Source: Candidatus Lokiarchaeum ossiferum (lineage in GTDB: Archaea > Asgardarchaeota > Lokiarchaeia > Sigyniarchaeales > Promethearchaeaceae). Taken from it: a stretch of 32,000 nt of DNA. Below, piece after piece: positions 18,062 through 26,716 of this stretch; within the stretch, counting starts at the first letter, position 1, and each line of letters opens with the position of its first letter. A model generated the notes under the pieces. That model ran no database searches. It was not told the DNA's origin and worked only from the letters and a program-made list of their open reading frames with translations. Where the stretch lies: the NCBI GenBank assembly GCA_025839675.1, contig CP104013.1, forward strand, positions 2,310,001 through 2,342,000, read 5' to 3'. The position numbers and the translations under genes are program-made.

Positions 18062-19564
18062 ATGGAATCTTCGACTTTCTTTGAAATTAAAGCAATTTCA
18101 GATAAAGAAGATCCTATACTTTTAAAACAAGTTGAAGAAAACCATCCACGTTTTTCATCCCTCTCTGAACCTTTAAAACAATTTATTATTATAAAACAAC
18201 TTCATATCGATAGCAGATATAAAGAAGCCATTAAACATCTTGAAGGGTATTTTTCTTCAACAATTCCAGTTGATTTTGAAGAGTACGCATTATTTTTATG
18301 TTGGATAGATGAACTAATAAGTGCAAATCAAATAAACGTGCTTAAAATTAAATTAAAAGAATTTGAACAATATTTCCATGATTTTAAAGGTTCAGAAAAA
18401 GAACAAGATTATTTACGCTGTACATTACTTATTTTCAAAGCATATCTTCAAGTTTTCCAAGGTAATCTTATCGATGCTAAGAATATCTTGCTATCCATTA
18501 AAAAAGACCTTAAAAAACAAAATTTTTTAGTTGAACAAGCCCAAATTTATAATATATTAGCCAGAATAAACTTTTCCCAAGACAAGGTGCCTGAAGCAAT
18601 TTCGATGTTAGAGAAAACTCGAAAAATATATTCAGAATTATCAATTGATAAAGGAATAGCACGCACATTGAATAATATGGCAGTTATTCAACAGAAAAAT
18701 GAAGAATATGATCTTGCAATAACAAGTTTGGAAGAATCTACTCGAATTGCAAGAAAAAGCGCCAATTACAGTTTGATTGCGAGCAATAAAATAAATTTGG
18801 GCAATATTTATTCGAATATCGGCCGGTATCACATAGCGAAGAAAAATTATGAAGACGCATTGAAATTTTTTGATAAGAAAGATGATTTACTCCGCATTGC
18901 AGCAATTTGCACAAATTTAGGCCAGTTATTTATGCGCACAAAGAAGTTTAAAGAAGCAAAACTCTATCTACAAAAGGCGATTTTACTTTTCAATCAATTA
19001 GAGGTTGATTTCCTACAGATAGAACCTTTATACATTTCTTTTTTAATTTCATTAGACTGTAGTAATGAACCGAAAGCGATGGAAATATATTCAAAAATGA
19101 TGGATTTGTGGAATAAATATCCACAAAAAGTTGATCAAACCTATTTAAAGTTAGGTAATTTACTTATGGTGGTACAATTCCAAGAAAAAGCATCAGTCAC
19201 AGAATTATTAGAACTTGTTCTTGAAATGTTTGTAAAAAACAGAATGAAAATCGAATTTCAAATAAATATTTCATCCAGTTTAATCAAAATTATCCGAATG
19301 AGGATAAATAATAATTTAAATTCACCTCGGATTCTAGAATTAAAACCCTATGTTTCACGCTTAACTCATTTAGCTAATAAAACACCGTCATGTTTCATAT
19401 CTATCAATAAATGCCTCTTAGATTGTTATGTCACATATTTTGAGAGAGATCATAAAGGATTAGAAGAAAAAATTCACGAATTGAAAAAATTAAATGCTAA
19501 ACTCCATCTCGATTTTGTGACAAGTGAAATTGAGATACTTGAAAAATCTCTCAATCTTATTTGA
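18062..19564 (+). CDS. TPR-repeat protein
   Basis: 500 aa with consecutive 34-residue TPR-like units (LNNMAVIQQKNEEYDLAITSLEES, NLGNIYSNIGRYHIAKKNYEDALKFF, NLGQLFMRTKKFKEAKLYLQKAI). No NTPase motif seen. Confidence 0.75.
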   Translation: MESSTFFEIKAISDKEDPILLKQVEENHPRFSSLSEPLKQFIIIKQLHIDSRYKEAIKHLEGYFSSTIPVDFEEYALFLCWIDELISANQINVLKIKLKEFEQYFHDFKGSEKEQDYLRCTLLIFKAYLQVFQGNLIDAKNILLSIKKDLKKQNFLVEQAQIYNILARINFSQDKVPEAISMLEKTRKIYSELSIDKGIARTLNNMAVIQQKNEEYDLAITSLEESTRIARKSANYSLIASNKINLGNIYSNIGRYHIAKKNYEDALKFFDKKDDLLRIAAICTNLGQLFMRTKKFKEAKLYLQKAILLFNQLEVDFLQIEPLYISFLISLDCSNEPKAMEIYSKMMDLWNKYPQKVDQTYLKLGNLLMVVQFQEKASVTELLELVLEMFVKNRMKIEFQINISSSLIKIIRMRINNNLNSPRILELKPYVSRLTHLANKTPSCFISINKCLLDCYVTYFERDHKGLEEKIHELKKLNAKLHLDFVTSEIEILEKSLNLI

Positions 19565-19849
19565 CGCTATGAATATACTTGAAGCAAATCTTTAATAAAT
19601 TACTCATCTCAATAAGTTTCAAAAGGTTGAGTACCACCAAAATACTCGTTTTATCCCTATTAATGAAATTGAAATTCATTTTGGTATAAAGTACGTTTTC
19701 TTATTTATAATGCCATGTTAGAAGAGTTTTCTTCCTTTTCTTATCTACTTTCAAAATCTCTCTTTGACTTTTTTAAAATGGTCCAAAAAGCATTCGGCTA
19801 CATTAAATTATTGGAAATAATAAAGAAAAATAAAAAAAAGAAGGGCAGT

Positions 19850-21181
19850 TTATGCCTTTTTCTTAGTTGGAGCACTACCAGGATCGATATCTAAGACCAC
19901 ACCGACAGATACGGTTCGGCCCATATCACGGACTGCAACACGACCTAATTCTGGATATTCTTTGAATTTTTCTAATGGAAATTTCTTAATAGGTTGTAAT
20001 CGAACCATAGCAACATCTCCTTTCTTCAAGAATTGAGGATTGTCTTCTATGACTTGACCAGTTCGTGGGTCGATTTTCTTAATAAGTTCAACGAACTTGC
20101 ATGCAATTTGTGCGGTGTGAGAGTGCACAACTGGACAGTATCCAATAGCTAATGCGGTTGGGTGCCAAATAACAATGACTTGAGCCATAATGGATCCATT
20201 TGGTCGAACGGTACAACATGGTCGAGCGGCATCTGCAACAACAGCACCTCGGAAAATGTCTCGCATGGTCACACCACGGATGTTAAATCCAACATTATCA
20301 CCAGGACCTGCTTCTTGCATGGCTTCGTGGTGCATTTCAATGGATCGTAATTCTCCTACGAATTCACTTGGGGCAACTTGGACTTTCATTCCAACTTTCA
20401 TCATACCAGTTTCGATACGGCCGACTGGGACAACTCCTGCACCCTTGATTTTGTAAACATCTTGGATTGGGATTCGAAGACCTTTGTCGGTTGGTTTAGA
20501 TGGGATAGGCAAGTCGTCTAAAATACCTAAGAGAGTCTTTCCTTTCCACCATTTCATGTTTGGGGATGGTTCAACTAAGTTATCTCCAACGTATGCAGAG
20601 ACAGGAACGAAGTGGACATCTGCTTCAGTGTTGTAACCAACAATTTTAAGGAGTCGGGTAACTTCATCCTTAACTTCATTGAAACGTTCTTCAGAATAGT
20701 TGACGGAAGCGTCATCCATTTTGTTAATAGCCAAAATGATTTTCTTAACACCTAAGGTTTTAGCAAGGAAAGCGTGTTCTCGACCTTGTCCGTTGTCAGC
20801 AATAGCTGCACCAAATTCGGATGTTTTGGCAGAGAATACGAGGATAGCTGCATCAGCTTGACTAGCACCGGTAATCATGTTTTTGACGAAATCGGCGTGG
20901 CCAGGAGCGTCAATGATGGTGAAGTATTTGCTTTTAGTTTCGAATTTTCGGAATGCCAAATCGATGGTAATACCACGTTTTCGTTCTTCTGCGAGTCGAT
21001 CCATGAAATAAGCGAATTTCCAGGATTCTCGATCTAAATCTTGAGCCATTTTTTCCATTTCACGGGCTTCTCGATCAGAGACAGCACCAGATGCAATGAG
21101 AACGTGGCCCATAAGGGTAGATTTACCGTTATCAATGTGTCCGATAACGACTAAGTTCATATGTTCTTTATCTTTTGCCAT
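19850..21181 (-). CDS. tuf: translation elongation factor EF-1alpha (aEF1A)
   Basis: G1 GHIDNGKST, G2 RGITI, G3 DAPGH, G4 NKMD, G5 VSA. Domains II/III are conserved (GRIETG, HTAQIACKF, DPRTG, LGRVAVRDMGRTV). 443 aa, ATG..TAA. Confidence 0.95.
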   Translation of the reverse strand: MAKDKEHMNLVVIGHIDNGKSTLMGHVLIASGAVSDREAREMEKMAQDLDRESWKFAYFMDRLAEERKRGITIDLAFRKFETKSKYFTIIDAPGHADFVKNMITGASQADAAILVFSAKTSEFGAAIADNGQGREHAFLAKTLGVKKIILAINKMDDASVNYSEERFNEVKDEVTRLLKIVGYNTEADVHFVPVSAYVGDNLVEPSPNMKWWKGKTLLGILDDLPIPSKPTDKGLRIPIQDVYKIKGAGVVPVGRIETGMMKVGMKVQVAPSEFVGELRSIEMHHEAMQEAGPGDNVGFNIRGVTMRDIFRGAVVADAARPCCTVRPNGSIMAQVIVIWHPTALAIGYCPVVHSHTAQIACKFVELIKKIDPRTGQVIEDNPQFLKKGDVAMVRLQPIKKFPLEKFKEYPELGRVAVRDMGRTVSVGVVLDIDPGSAPTKKKA

Positions 21182-21492
21182 AATATAACACCTATAGCGT
21201 ATCTTATTAGTGAACCCAACAATACCAAAACCGCTAAATTCAGAATAAGAATTAAAGTCAAAAGTTTTTTATGAAATATATATTCTTGTATTACTTGTGA
21301 TACACGATTGGATGGCCTAATTAATTTCTAAAAGTGATAAACAGCCTTAATTACATCTTAAATTCAATTTAACATCCCAATTATGGTTGTTCCGAAAATT
21401 TAAAACCAATATTCTAAAGAAGCCTTGGAGATAGTAAGTAATCTTTATTTACATATAAAAAAATTTATAAAGGAAAATGACGATTCTATCTC

Positions 21493-22284
21493 ATGGTAAG
21501 CCCAAAAAAAACCACTGTGGTAGGTATCAAGTTAATGGAACAGGAATTTTTTCTTTGGGATTTACTTCGTAATGAATATCAAAAATCATTTTCAGAAATA
21601 ATTACTTCTACGGTTGCCCGATATTTAGAATTAAAAATGGCTACACCAATCACAGATTCAGGACTAATTTTTAAATTAAAGCAGCTTTTTGAAAAAGTAA
21701 AATTTAAGAAAGAAAGCCGAACATTGACTTTTCGAATTAAATCTACCGTCCTAAAAGAATGGGATCGCTTTTGTGAACAAAGATTCATCAGTCGAACAGC
21801 ATTAGTAAAACAAGCTATGAACGGGCGGATTGATCCTGTAATCGGAAGATTTTTAAAATATTCAGACCCCTACATTATTCGTCTTCAGAAAATTCTGAAT
21901 AACATGATTTCGCGGATAGGATTGATGGAATATGAAGACATTGCAGCCATTTTTGAGGGTATAGATAGGACCGTACTAAACCACATGTTAAATACACTGG
22001 AAGAAAAAGGAATCATAGGGAGAAAGGGATGGAACACTTATGTTCCAGCCAACTCTACAGCAGGTATGACGGATGCATTACTTATAGCGGGGAATTTAGG
22101 TCGATTTGTGGAAAGTATGAATGAAGTTTCAGATGATTTCGAGATGTCTGATCATGATAGTTTACTAAATGTAGTGTTTCAATATTTTGAGGCCATTTTT
22201 GCGCGAAAAGGAACAACCCAATTTAATTTTGATGTGCAAAATTTAAGAGAGACTAAAGAACGAATGATTGAATTACTAAAATAA
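21493..22284 (+). CDS. DNA-binding protein with two tandem ribbon-helix-helix-like motifs and a winged helix
   Basis: RHH-like 1: TTVVGIKLMEQEFFLWDLLRNEYQKSFSEIITSTVARYLE. RHH-like 2: RTLTFRIKSTVLKEWDRFCEQRFISRTALVKQAMNG. wHTH: YEDIAAIFEGIDRTVLNHMLNTLEEKGIIGRKG. An A/T-rich TATA-like stretch at 21443-21473 lies just upstream. Confidence 0.55.
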   Translation: MVSPKKTTVVGIKLMEQEFFLWDLLRNEYQKSFSEIITSTVARYLELKMATPITDSGLIFKLKQLFEKVKFKKESRTLTFRIKSTVLKEWDRFCEQRFISRTALVKQAMNGRIDPVIGRFLKYSDPYIIRLQKILNNMISRIGLMEYEDIAAIFEGIDRTVLNHMLNTLEEKGIIGRKGWNTYVPANSTAGMTDALLIAGNLGRFVESMNEVSDDFEMSDHDSLLNVVFQYFEAIFARKGTTQFNFDVQNLRETKERMIELLK

Positions 22285-22334
22285 GTCATTTTTCTGGAGT
22301 ATATTTTAAAGGACAAACTGACTATTGAAAGCAT

Positions 22335-24431
22335 ATGTCGGATGTATCACCCATTACCGAAAAAATAAGAAACATTTTGAAAATCAAGAAAACTAATCCA
22401 AATCAAGCACTTAGTCAATTTGAGCAATTATTATCTTCGTCAGTGAATGAAATGGACGAGATTACTATCAAAGTTGAAATGGGACATATTTATTTTGAAA
22501 ATGAGCAAGAAAATACAGCCAAAAAACAATTTTTAGAAATATATAATTCACCAAATATAAATAATTATGGAAGAATCCGAGCGGATGTCGCCACTACCTT
22601 GGGGAAAATCTTTTTCAATCAAGGCAAAATTATTCAAGCAGAAAATTTTCATAAAGAAGCTTTAGCAATTTGTGAATCAATACAAGATGAAATTAAAAAA
22701 AATGAAATTTTATCGAATTATGCGACAATGCAGATGTTTAGTGGAAAAATGGTTGAGGCGTTTGAAAAAAGTAAACAAATTTTAAATGATTATAGCATTA
22801 ATTCACAAATTGATCCGATTGAAGCGTTCAATATCTCAGGAATATATTATAAATATCATGATGATATCCAAAAATCACTCACTTGCTTTAAACGAGCTGC
22901 AAAGTATGCTTTAGGAGTCAATAAAGTAAGTAAATATTGTTTGATGCAAAATAATTATGCTTATACTTTGATGCATTTAGGAAAATTGCAAGAATCGAAA
23001 AAAATTTTAGAGGAATCCATAAAAATTGCAGTTGACAATAAGGTGATTACCCGTTATCTACTAATGATTTCCTATTGTGAAGTTTTAATACATTTAGGTG
23101 AATTATCATCTGCAAACAAAATATTTGAAGAAATTTTGGAGAAAATCAATATAATTCCAATATCAACTCGCATTGATTTTTTCTTAACCTATGCAAAATT
23201 ACTTGCAATGAAAGGAAATTATGTCGCAGCTATCAAAGAATTGAAAAAAGGGCTGGATTTCATAAATACTAATAAAGTTGAGTTGGATAAATCAGATCTT
23301 GAAATATTATTAGCAGAAATGTATTTTTATTTGGATGATATGGAAAATGCATACGAATATTTAAAAATGGCGGATTCATATGCTTGGAAAAAGAATTACC
23401 ACGCAAATCAAGCCAAAATTGCACTTCTTCGAGCACGAATAACTCAATCTCAGCTTAATTTCAACGAAGGAGAAATGCATCTAATCCATGCTAAAAGATT
23501 AGCAGAGAAATCTAAGGAATTAGAACCCCAATTTACAGCCTTATTACTTTTAGCTCAAAACAATTTACTAAAATCACTAAATTCAAATAAGGAAAAAACA
23601 GAAAAATATCATTCAACGGCCATTGAACTTATCAATATCGCATCAAATTTAGCCAAAAATAACCAAATGATGCCCAACTATATTAAAACACTCATGGTAA
23701 AAGGAATTATTATTTCAAATACTAACCCTGAAGCAGCAAAAGAAGCATTACAAAAATCTATTGAACTTGCGAAAGAATGTGGGATTCTTCGGCAAGCTCG
23801 ATACGCTCAAGATAAACTAACATACCTTACTTCTCAATATAAGCAATTTAGTTCTGAGGAAAAAACGAAAAACAAAGAAGTGTCATTAAATTTAGTTTTA
23901 GAGGAGATTGATCGGGTAGTTTCATTAAAAGCAGGAAAATCAATCTCCGAAGATGACATAAACAATAGTTTTATGTTAGTTTATAAAATTGATGAAATTA
24001 TGGGACCTACTCTTCATAAGTCGTTCAATATAGATCAAGATGACCCCCAATACATGAAAGAAATTTATATGAGTGGGATGCTGTATTCTTCGACCTTAGG
24101 ACAAGGTCAGCATTACCATGAGGGATTATTTGGTCCATTTCCTTTTGGTGAAGGAAATTTACGTTCAATTGTATTTAGTAAAACTATATTTGATCCAAGT
24201 CAAAAGCAGAAACGAAATGCAGAATCAACATATGTACTACTTTGTTTGGTATTTCGTCAAAATATGAGCCCAATTTTTTATGATCGGGATAAAGTAGAAG
24301 GAATATTTCAGAAAAACATTAAGAATGTAGCATATATTGATGATATCAATGCAAAATTTTTAACATCTCTCTCCAATGATATTATGCACGATCTAACAAC
24401 AGATTGGATTAAAAATCAAGAATTTTTCTAA
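22335..24431 (+). CDS. TPR-repeat protein with uncharacterised C-terminal alpha/beta domain
   Basis: 698 aa. About 530 aa of TPR-like helical repeats are followed by a ~150-aa domain (FMLVYKIDEIMGPTLHKSF..GLFGPFPFGEGNLRSIVFSKTIFD..STYVLLCLVF..) with an alternating strand/helix pattern. Confidence 0.75.
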   Translation: MSDVSPITEKIRNILKIKKTNPNQALSQFEQLLSSSVNEMDEITIKVEMGHIYFENEQENTAKKQFLEIYNSPNINNYGRIRADVATTLGKIFFNQGKIIQAENFHKEALAICESIQDEIKKNEILSNYATMQMFSGKMVEAFEKSKQILNDYSINSQIDPIEAFNISGIYYKYHDDIQKSLTCFKRAAKYALGVNKVSKYCLMQNNYAYTLMHLGKLQESKKILEESIKIAVDNKVITRYLLMISYCEVLIHLGELSSANKIFEEILEKINIIPISTRIDFFLTYAKLLAMKGNYVAAIKELKKGLDFINTNKVELDKSDLEILLAEMYFYLDDMENAYEYLKMADSYAWKKNYHANQAKIALLRARITQSQLNFNEGEMHLIHAKRLAEKSKELEPQFTALLLLAQNNLLKSLNSNKEKTEKYHSTAIELINIASNLAKNNQMMPNYIKTLMVKGIIISNTNPEAAKEALQKSIELAKECGILRQARYAQDKLTYLTSQYKQFSSEEKTKNKEVSLNLVLEEIDRVVSLKAGKSISEDDINNSFMLVYKIDEIMGPTLHKSFNIDQDDPQYMKEIYMSGMLYSSTLGQGQHYHEGLFGPFPFGEGNLRSIVFSKTIFDPSQKQKRNAESTYVLLCLVFRQNMSPIFYDRDKVEGIFQKNIKNVAYIDDINAKFLTSLSNDIMHDLTTDWIKNQEFF

Positions 24432-24619
24432 GTTTTTTATTTGTAAATCACATAATTTCTACAATCAACCCTAATAGCGTTAATCGTAGTTTAATTCTAA
24501 ACGATAAGGAATTATTTGTTTCAAAATCATAACCTCAAAGTTAAGGAAAGGTGATAATTTAGACATAATTTTCCAGAAATAGAACGGAATAGATTTTAAT
24601 TTTCTCCCCATTAGTTCAA

Positions 24620-25219
24620 CTAACAATCTTTATCTGTCGTGATTATTCTCTTTGCTTTTATCTTTTCATAAATAATACAAAGCAATCCGATACCAACAAG
24701 AGAATACTCTATAACCACCACAACCCACTTCATTTTTTCTGTTATATTGAGTAAGGGAATAAGAAAAGTAGAGTATGTCCCAGGATTACTGTATATCAAT
24801 ATTGCCCATAGATCTTCAAGAGAATCTAATAAACGAGAAATAATAGTCGCCAGAAATCCTATCAACGGAACATATCGAATTTTGGGGATTTCATGAAGAG
24901 ATATGAGAATGAGGCAATTAATTGAAATGAATAAAATAAAACCTGATACGATAAAAAGATAATCAAGAAAAGACAAGCGAATCACAGCACTCATAACGGG
25001 TTCCCATGCGGTAAGGATTTTATCCACATCAACCCGAGTTTTGGCAGCTTGTAAGTCAGAGGTAGAATAGAAACTCGTTTCAATAATCTTGGTGGTAGGA
25101 ACAAATCCAAAAATAATGATGCCCGAATAAACAAAAAAACTTAAAAAGATAAGAATAACAAATATTTTCTTAGGTTTTGATTTAAGAAAGAGTATGAGTT
25201 GATTGCTGAGATTTTTCAC
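24620..25219 (-). CDS. integral membrane protein, unknown function
   Basis: 199-aa ORF with a GTG start and 4-5 hydrophobic helices. TAG stop followed two codons later by TAA. Confidence 0.55.
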   Translation of the reverse strand: MKNLSNQLILFLKSKPKKIFVILIFLSFFVYSGIIIFGFVPTTKIIETSFYSTSDLQAAKTRVDVDKILTAWEPVMSAVIRLSFLDYLFIVSGFILFISINCLILISLHEIPKIRYVPLIGFLATIISRLLDSLEDLWAILIYSNPGTYSTFLIPLLNITEKMKWVVVVIEYSLVGIGLLCIIYEKIKAKRIITTDKDC

Positions 25220-25716
25220 ATCTAATATAAGATCAAGTGAGAATATAGTCTTTTGTGGAATTCAATATTTCATCAATGCATTTCTCTTAATTTTTTTTAA
25301 TAAGGACCATGTATTCTAAATGGGAACATAAAGGAGAAGGGATTTTATGTCCACCTACAAATTACATGAGAATTTTCTTTTTGTCGAAATTATTGCTCAT
25401 AAGAAATCAGAATGGAGATTATTAAGGACCTAATATTGTGGGAAAAACTTCAAGAAGAAAATTTATCGAAATTAATTTAAGGATTCTGGAAATCCTTTTT
25501 GTTAACCTAAGATTTTTTTTTTGACAAGCTTTTTTCAGATTTTGTGGGAACAAAATTTGTTGATCAGCCTCATACCATGCATATTTTTGTCGCTTTCGAT
25601 GTAAAGATTTAAATATGGAGGAGGTGATTAGGAAAATAAGGGTAACTTAACAAAGATTGAGATCGAGTTTTGTTATCTTTGCGGAGAACTACCAATTTAG
25701 AAAGTAAGTGATTATT

Positions 25717-25983
25717 ATGGCTAAAAAGAAAGCACCAGCAAAAAAAAAAAAAGCAGCTCCTAAAAAAGCTGCAAGTGGAGCCCGAAGCACATATATTGCT
25801 AAAGCCCCCATAAGACGATTAATGAAAGAAGAAGGCGCCGGATTAGTTGCGGAAGAGGCAGTCGTTCTATTAATTGAAGAATTGACAAAAGTTGCCAAAA
25901 ATTTAACAAAAAAAGCAGTGAAAGTTGTCAAGGACGACAAACGCAAACGTGTTACTGCTGCTGATGTAATTGCAGCAGAATAA
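25717..25983 (+). CDS. archaeal histone-fold protein with Lys/Ala/Pro-rich N-terminal tail
   Basis: From ATG 25717: MAKKKAPAKKKKAAPKKAASGARST, then a histone fold alignable to HMfB (IAKAPIRRLMKEEGAGLVAEEAVVLLIEELTKVAKNLTKKAVKVVKDDKRKRVTAADV vs [56 protein letters not shown]). The track start GTG at 25708 is less likely. Confidence 0.85.
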   Translation: MAKKKAPAKKKKAAPKKAASGARSTYIAKAPIRRLMKEEGAGLVAEEAVVLLIEELTKVAKNLTKKAVKVVKDDKRKRVTAADVIAAE

Positions 25984-26162
25984 ACCTGAAACGCACTTTT
26001 TCGGAATTATTCCTTTTTTCATTTCTTGTATTTTTTTCTTTGATCAATTTCAGTTTTTATTCAAGAAAATGGTTTTCTTATTATTGAATCCTTAGAAAAT
26101 AGTGTAAATCTTGCAATATATAGAATGGACTAAGTGAATTATCAAGAACTTTAAAAAAATAC

Positions 26163-26240
26163 CAGGATACCCATGGAGGGTGAGATGGGGGTTCACCATC
26201 CCACCCAGGGGGAAAAGGGATTATAGGTAGAACGGGTCGT
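26163..26240 (-). other. GC-rich hairpin-forming island, copy 1 (candidate structured RNA / 3' element of the small ORF)
   Basis: About 60% GC over ~50 nt (hand count 31/49), against a ~30% background. Hairpin 26178-26188 GGGTGAGATGG / 26196-26206 CCATCCCACCC (10 of 11 bp, 7-nt loop). Homologous to 26616-26700. Confidence 0.45.
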
Positions 26241-26278
26241 GATATTATGGCTGGAATAATCTGAATTGCGAAAAATTT

Positions 26279-26452
26279 CTATTTTTCTAAATGATCTAGC
26301 TCTTCCACAAAAGTCTCGAGAAATAGATCAAAGATTTCTTGGTTAGTTTCTAAATTTTCTATGAAATTATGCGATTTTAAGAGTTCGAAGTATGCCAAAT
26401 AAACGGATGGAGCCGGTAAGTAGTTCTTGTAATCAATGTCAATAGTTACCAT
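26279..26452 (-). CDS. small acidic protein (57 aa), family member 1
   Basis: Not in the track (<60 aa). MVTIDIDYKNYLPAPSVYLAYFELLKSHNFIENLETNQEIFDLFLETFVEELDHLEK, ATG..TAG. Supported by clear paralogy to 26717-26887 and weaker similarity to 30276-30500. Confidence 0.55.
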   Translation of the reverse strand: MVTIDIDYKNYLPAPSVYLAYFELLKSHNFIENLETNQEIFDLFLETFVEELDHLEK

Positions 26453-26615
26453 AGGAAAATCGTCTTCGATTGTATTGTTGATTATTATAAATGGGAGTAA
26501 TTTTTATTATATAATATATAATATCTCAATTCATCCTTATAAATGTTTATTAAAATTTGCCTTTTTTTTTAATAAAACCGCTTTTTTTGAGGAAAATTCA
26601 GATTCAATGAAAAGC

Positions 26616-26700
26616 AAGGGGGGGTTGGTGGGATCTTTTTTCCGCCAATCCCACCGAGGGGCTAAGGGGCGGCACCTTAGATATGAAGGGTTTTGTTCGG
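26616..26700 (-). other. GC-rich hairpin-forming island, copy 2
   Basis: Hairpin 26627-26634 GGTGGGAT / 26648-26655 ATCCCACC (13-nt loop), plus a second stem 26662-26667 CTAAGG / 26675-26680 CCTTAG. Shares ATCCCACC(C/G)AGGGG and the CGGGT..ATGATAAGG/ATATTATGG tail with copy 1. Confidence 0.45.
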
Positions 26701-26716
26701 GTTTTAATGATAAGGA

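Noticed and set aside
20162-21037. Plus-strand track ORFs inside EF-1alpha (20162-20350, 20190-20456, 20774-21037)
   Set aside because: They are antisense to a highly conserved gene. The relatively GC-richer coding region simply lacks stops on the opposite strand.
25689-25946. 85-aa minus-strand ORF antisense to the histone gene
   Set aside because: It is a shadow ORF created by the Lys/Ala-rich (AAA/GCN) coding sequence, which reads as Phe/Ala-rich on the opposite strand. The plus strand has clear histone-fold homology.
26163-26240. GC-rich islands as tRNA genes
   Set aside because: I tried both strands. There is no acceptor/D/anticodon/T cloverleaf. The GTTCA-containing loop sits in a 10-11 bp stem, not a 5-bp T arm, and there is no matching 7-bp acceptor pairing.
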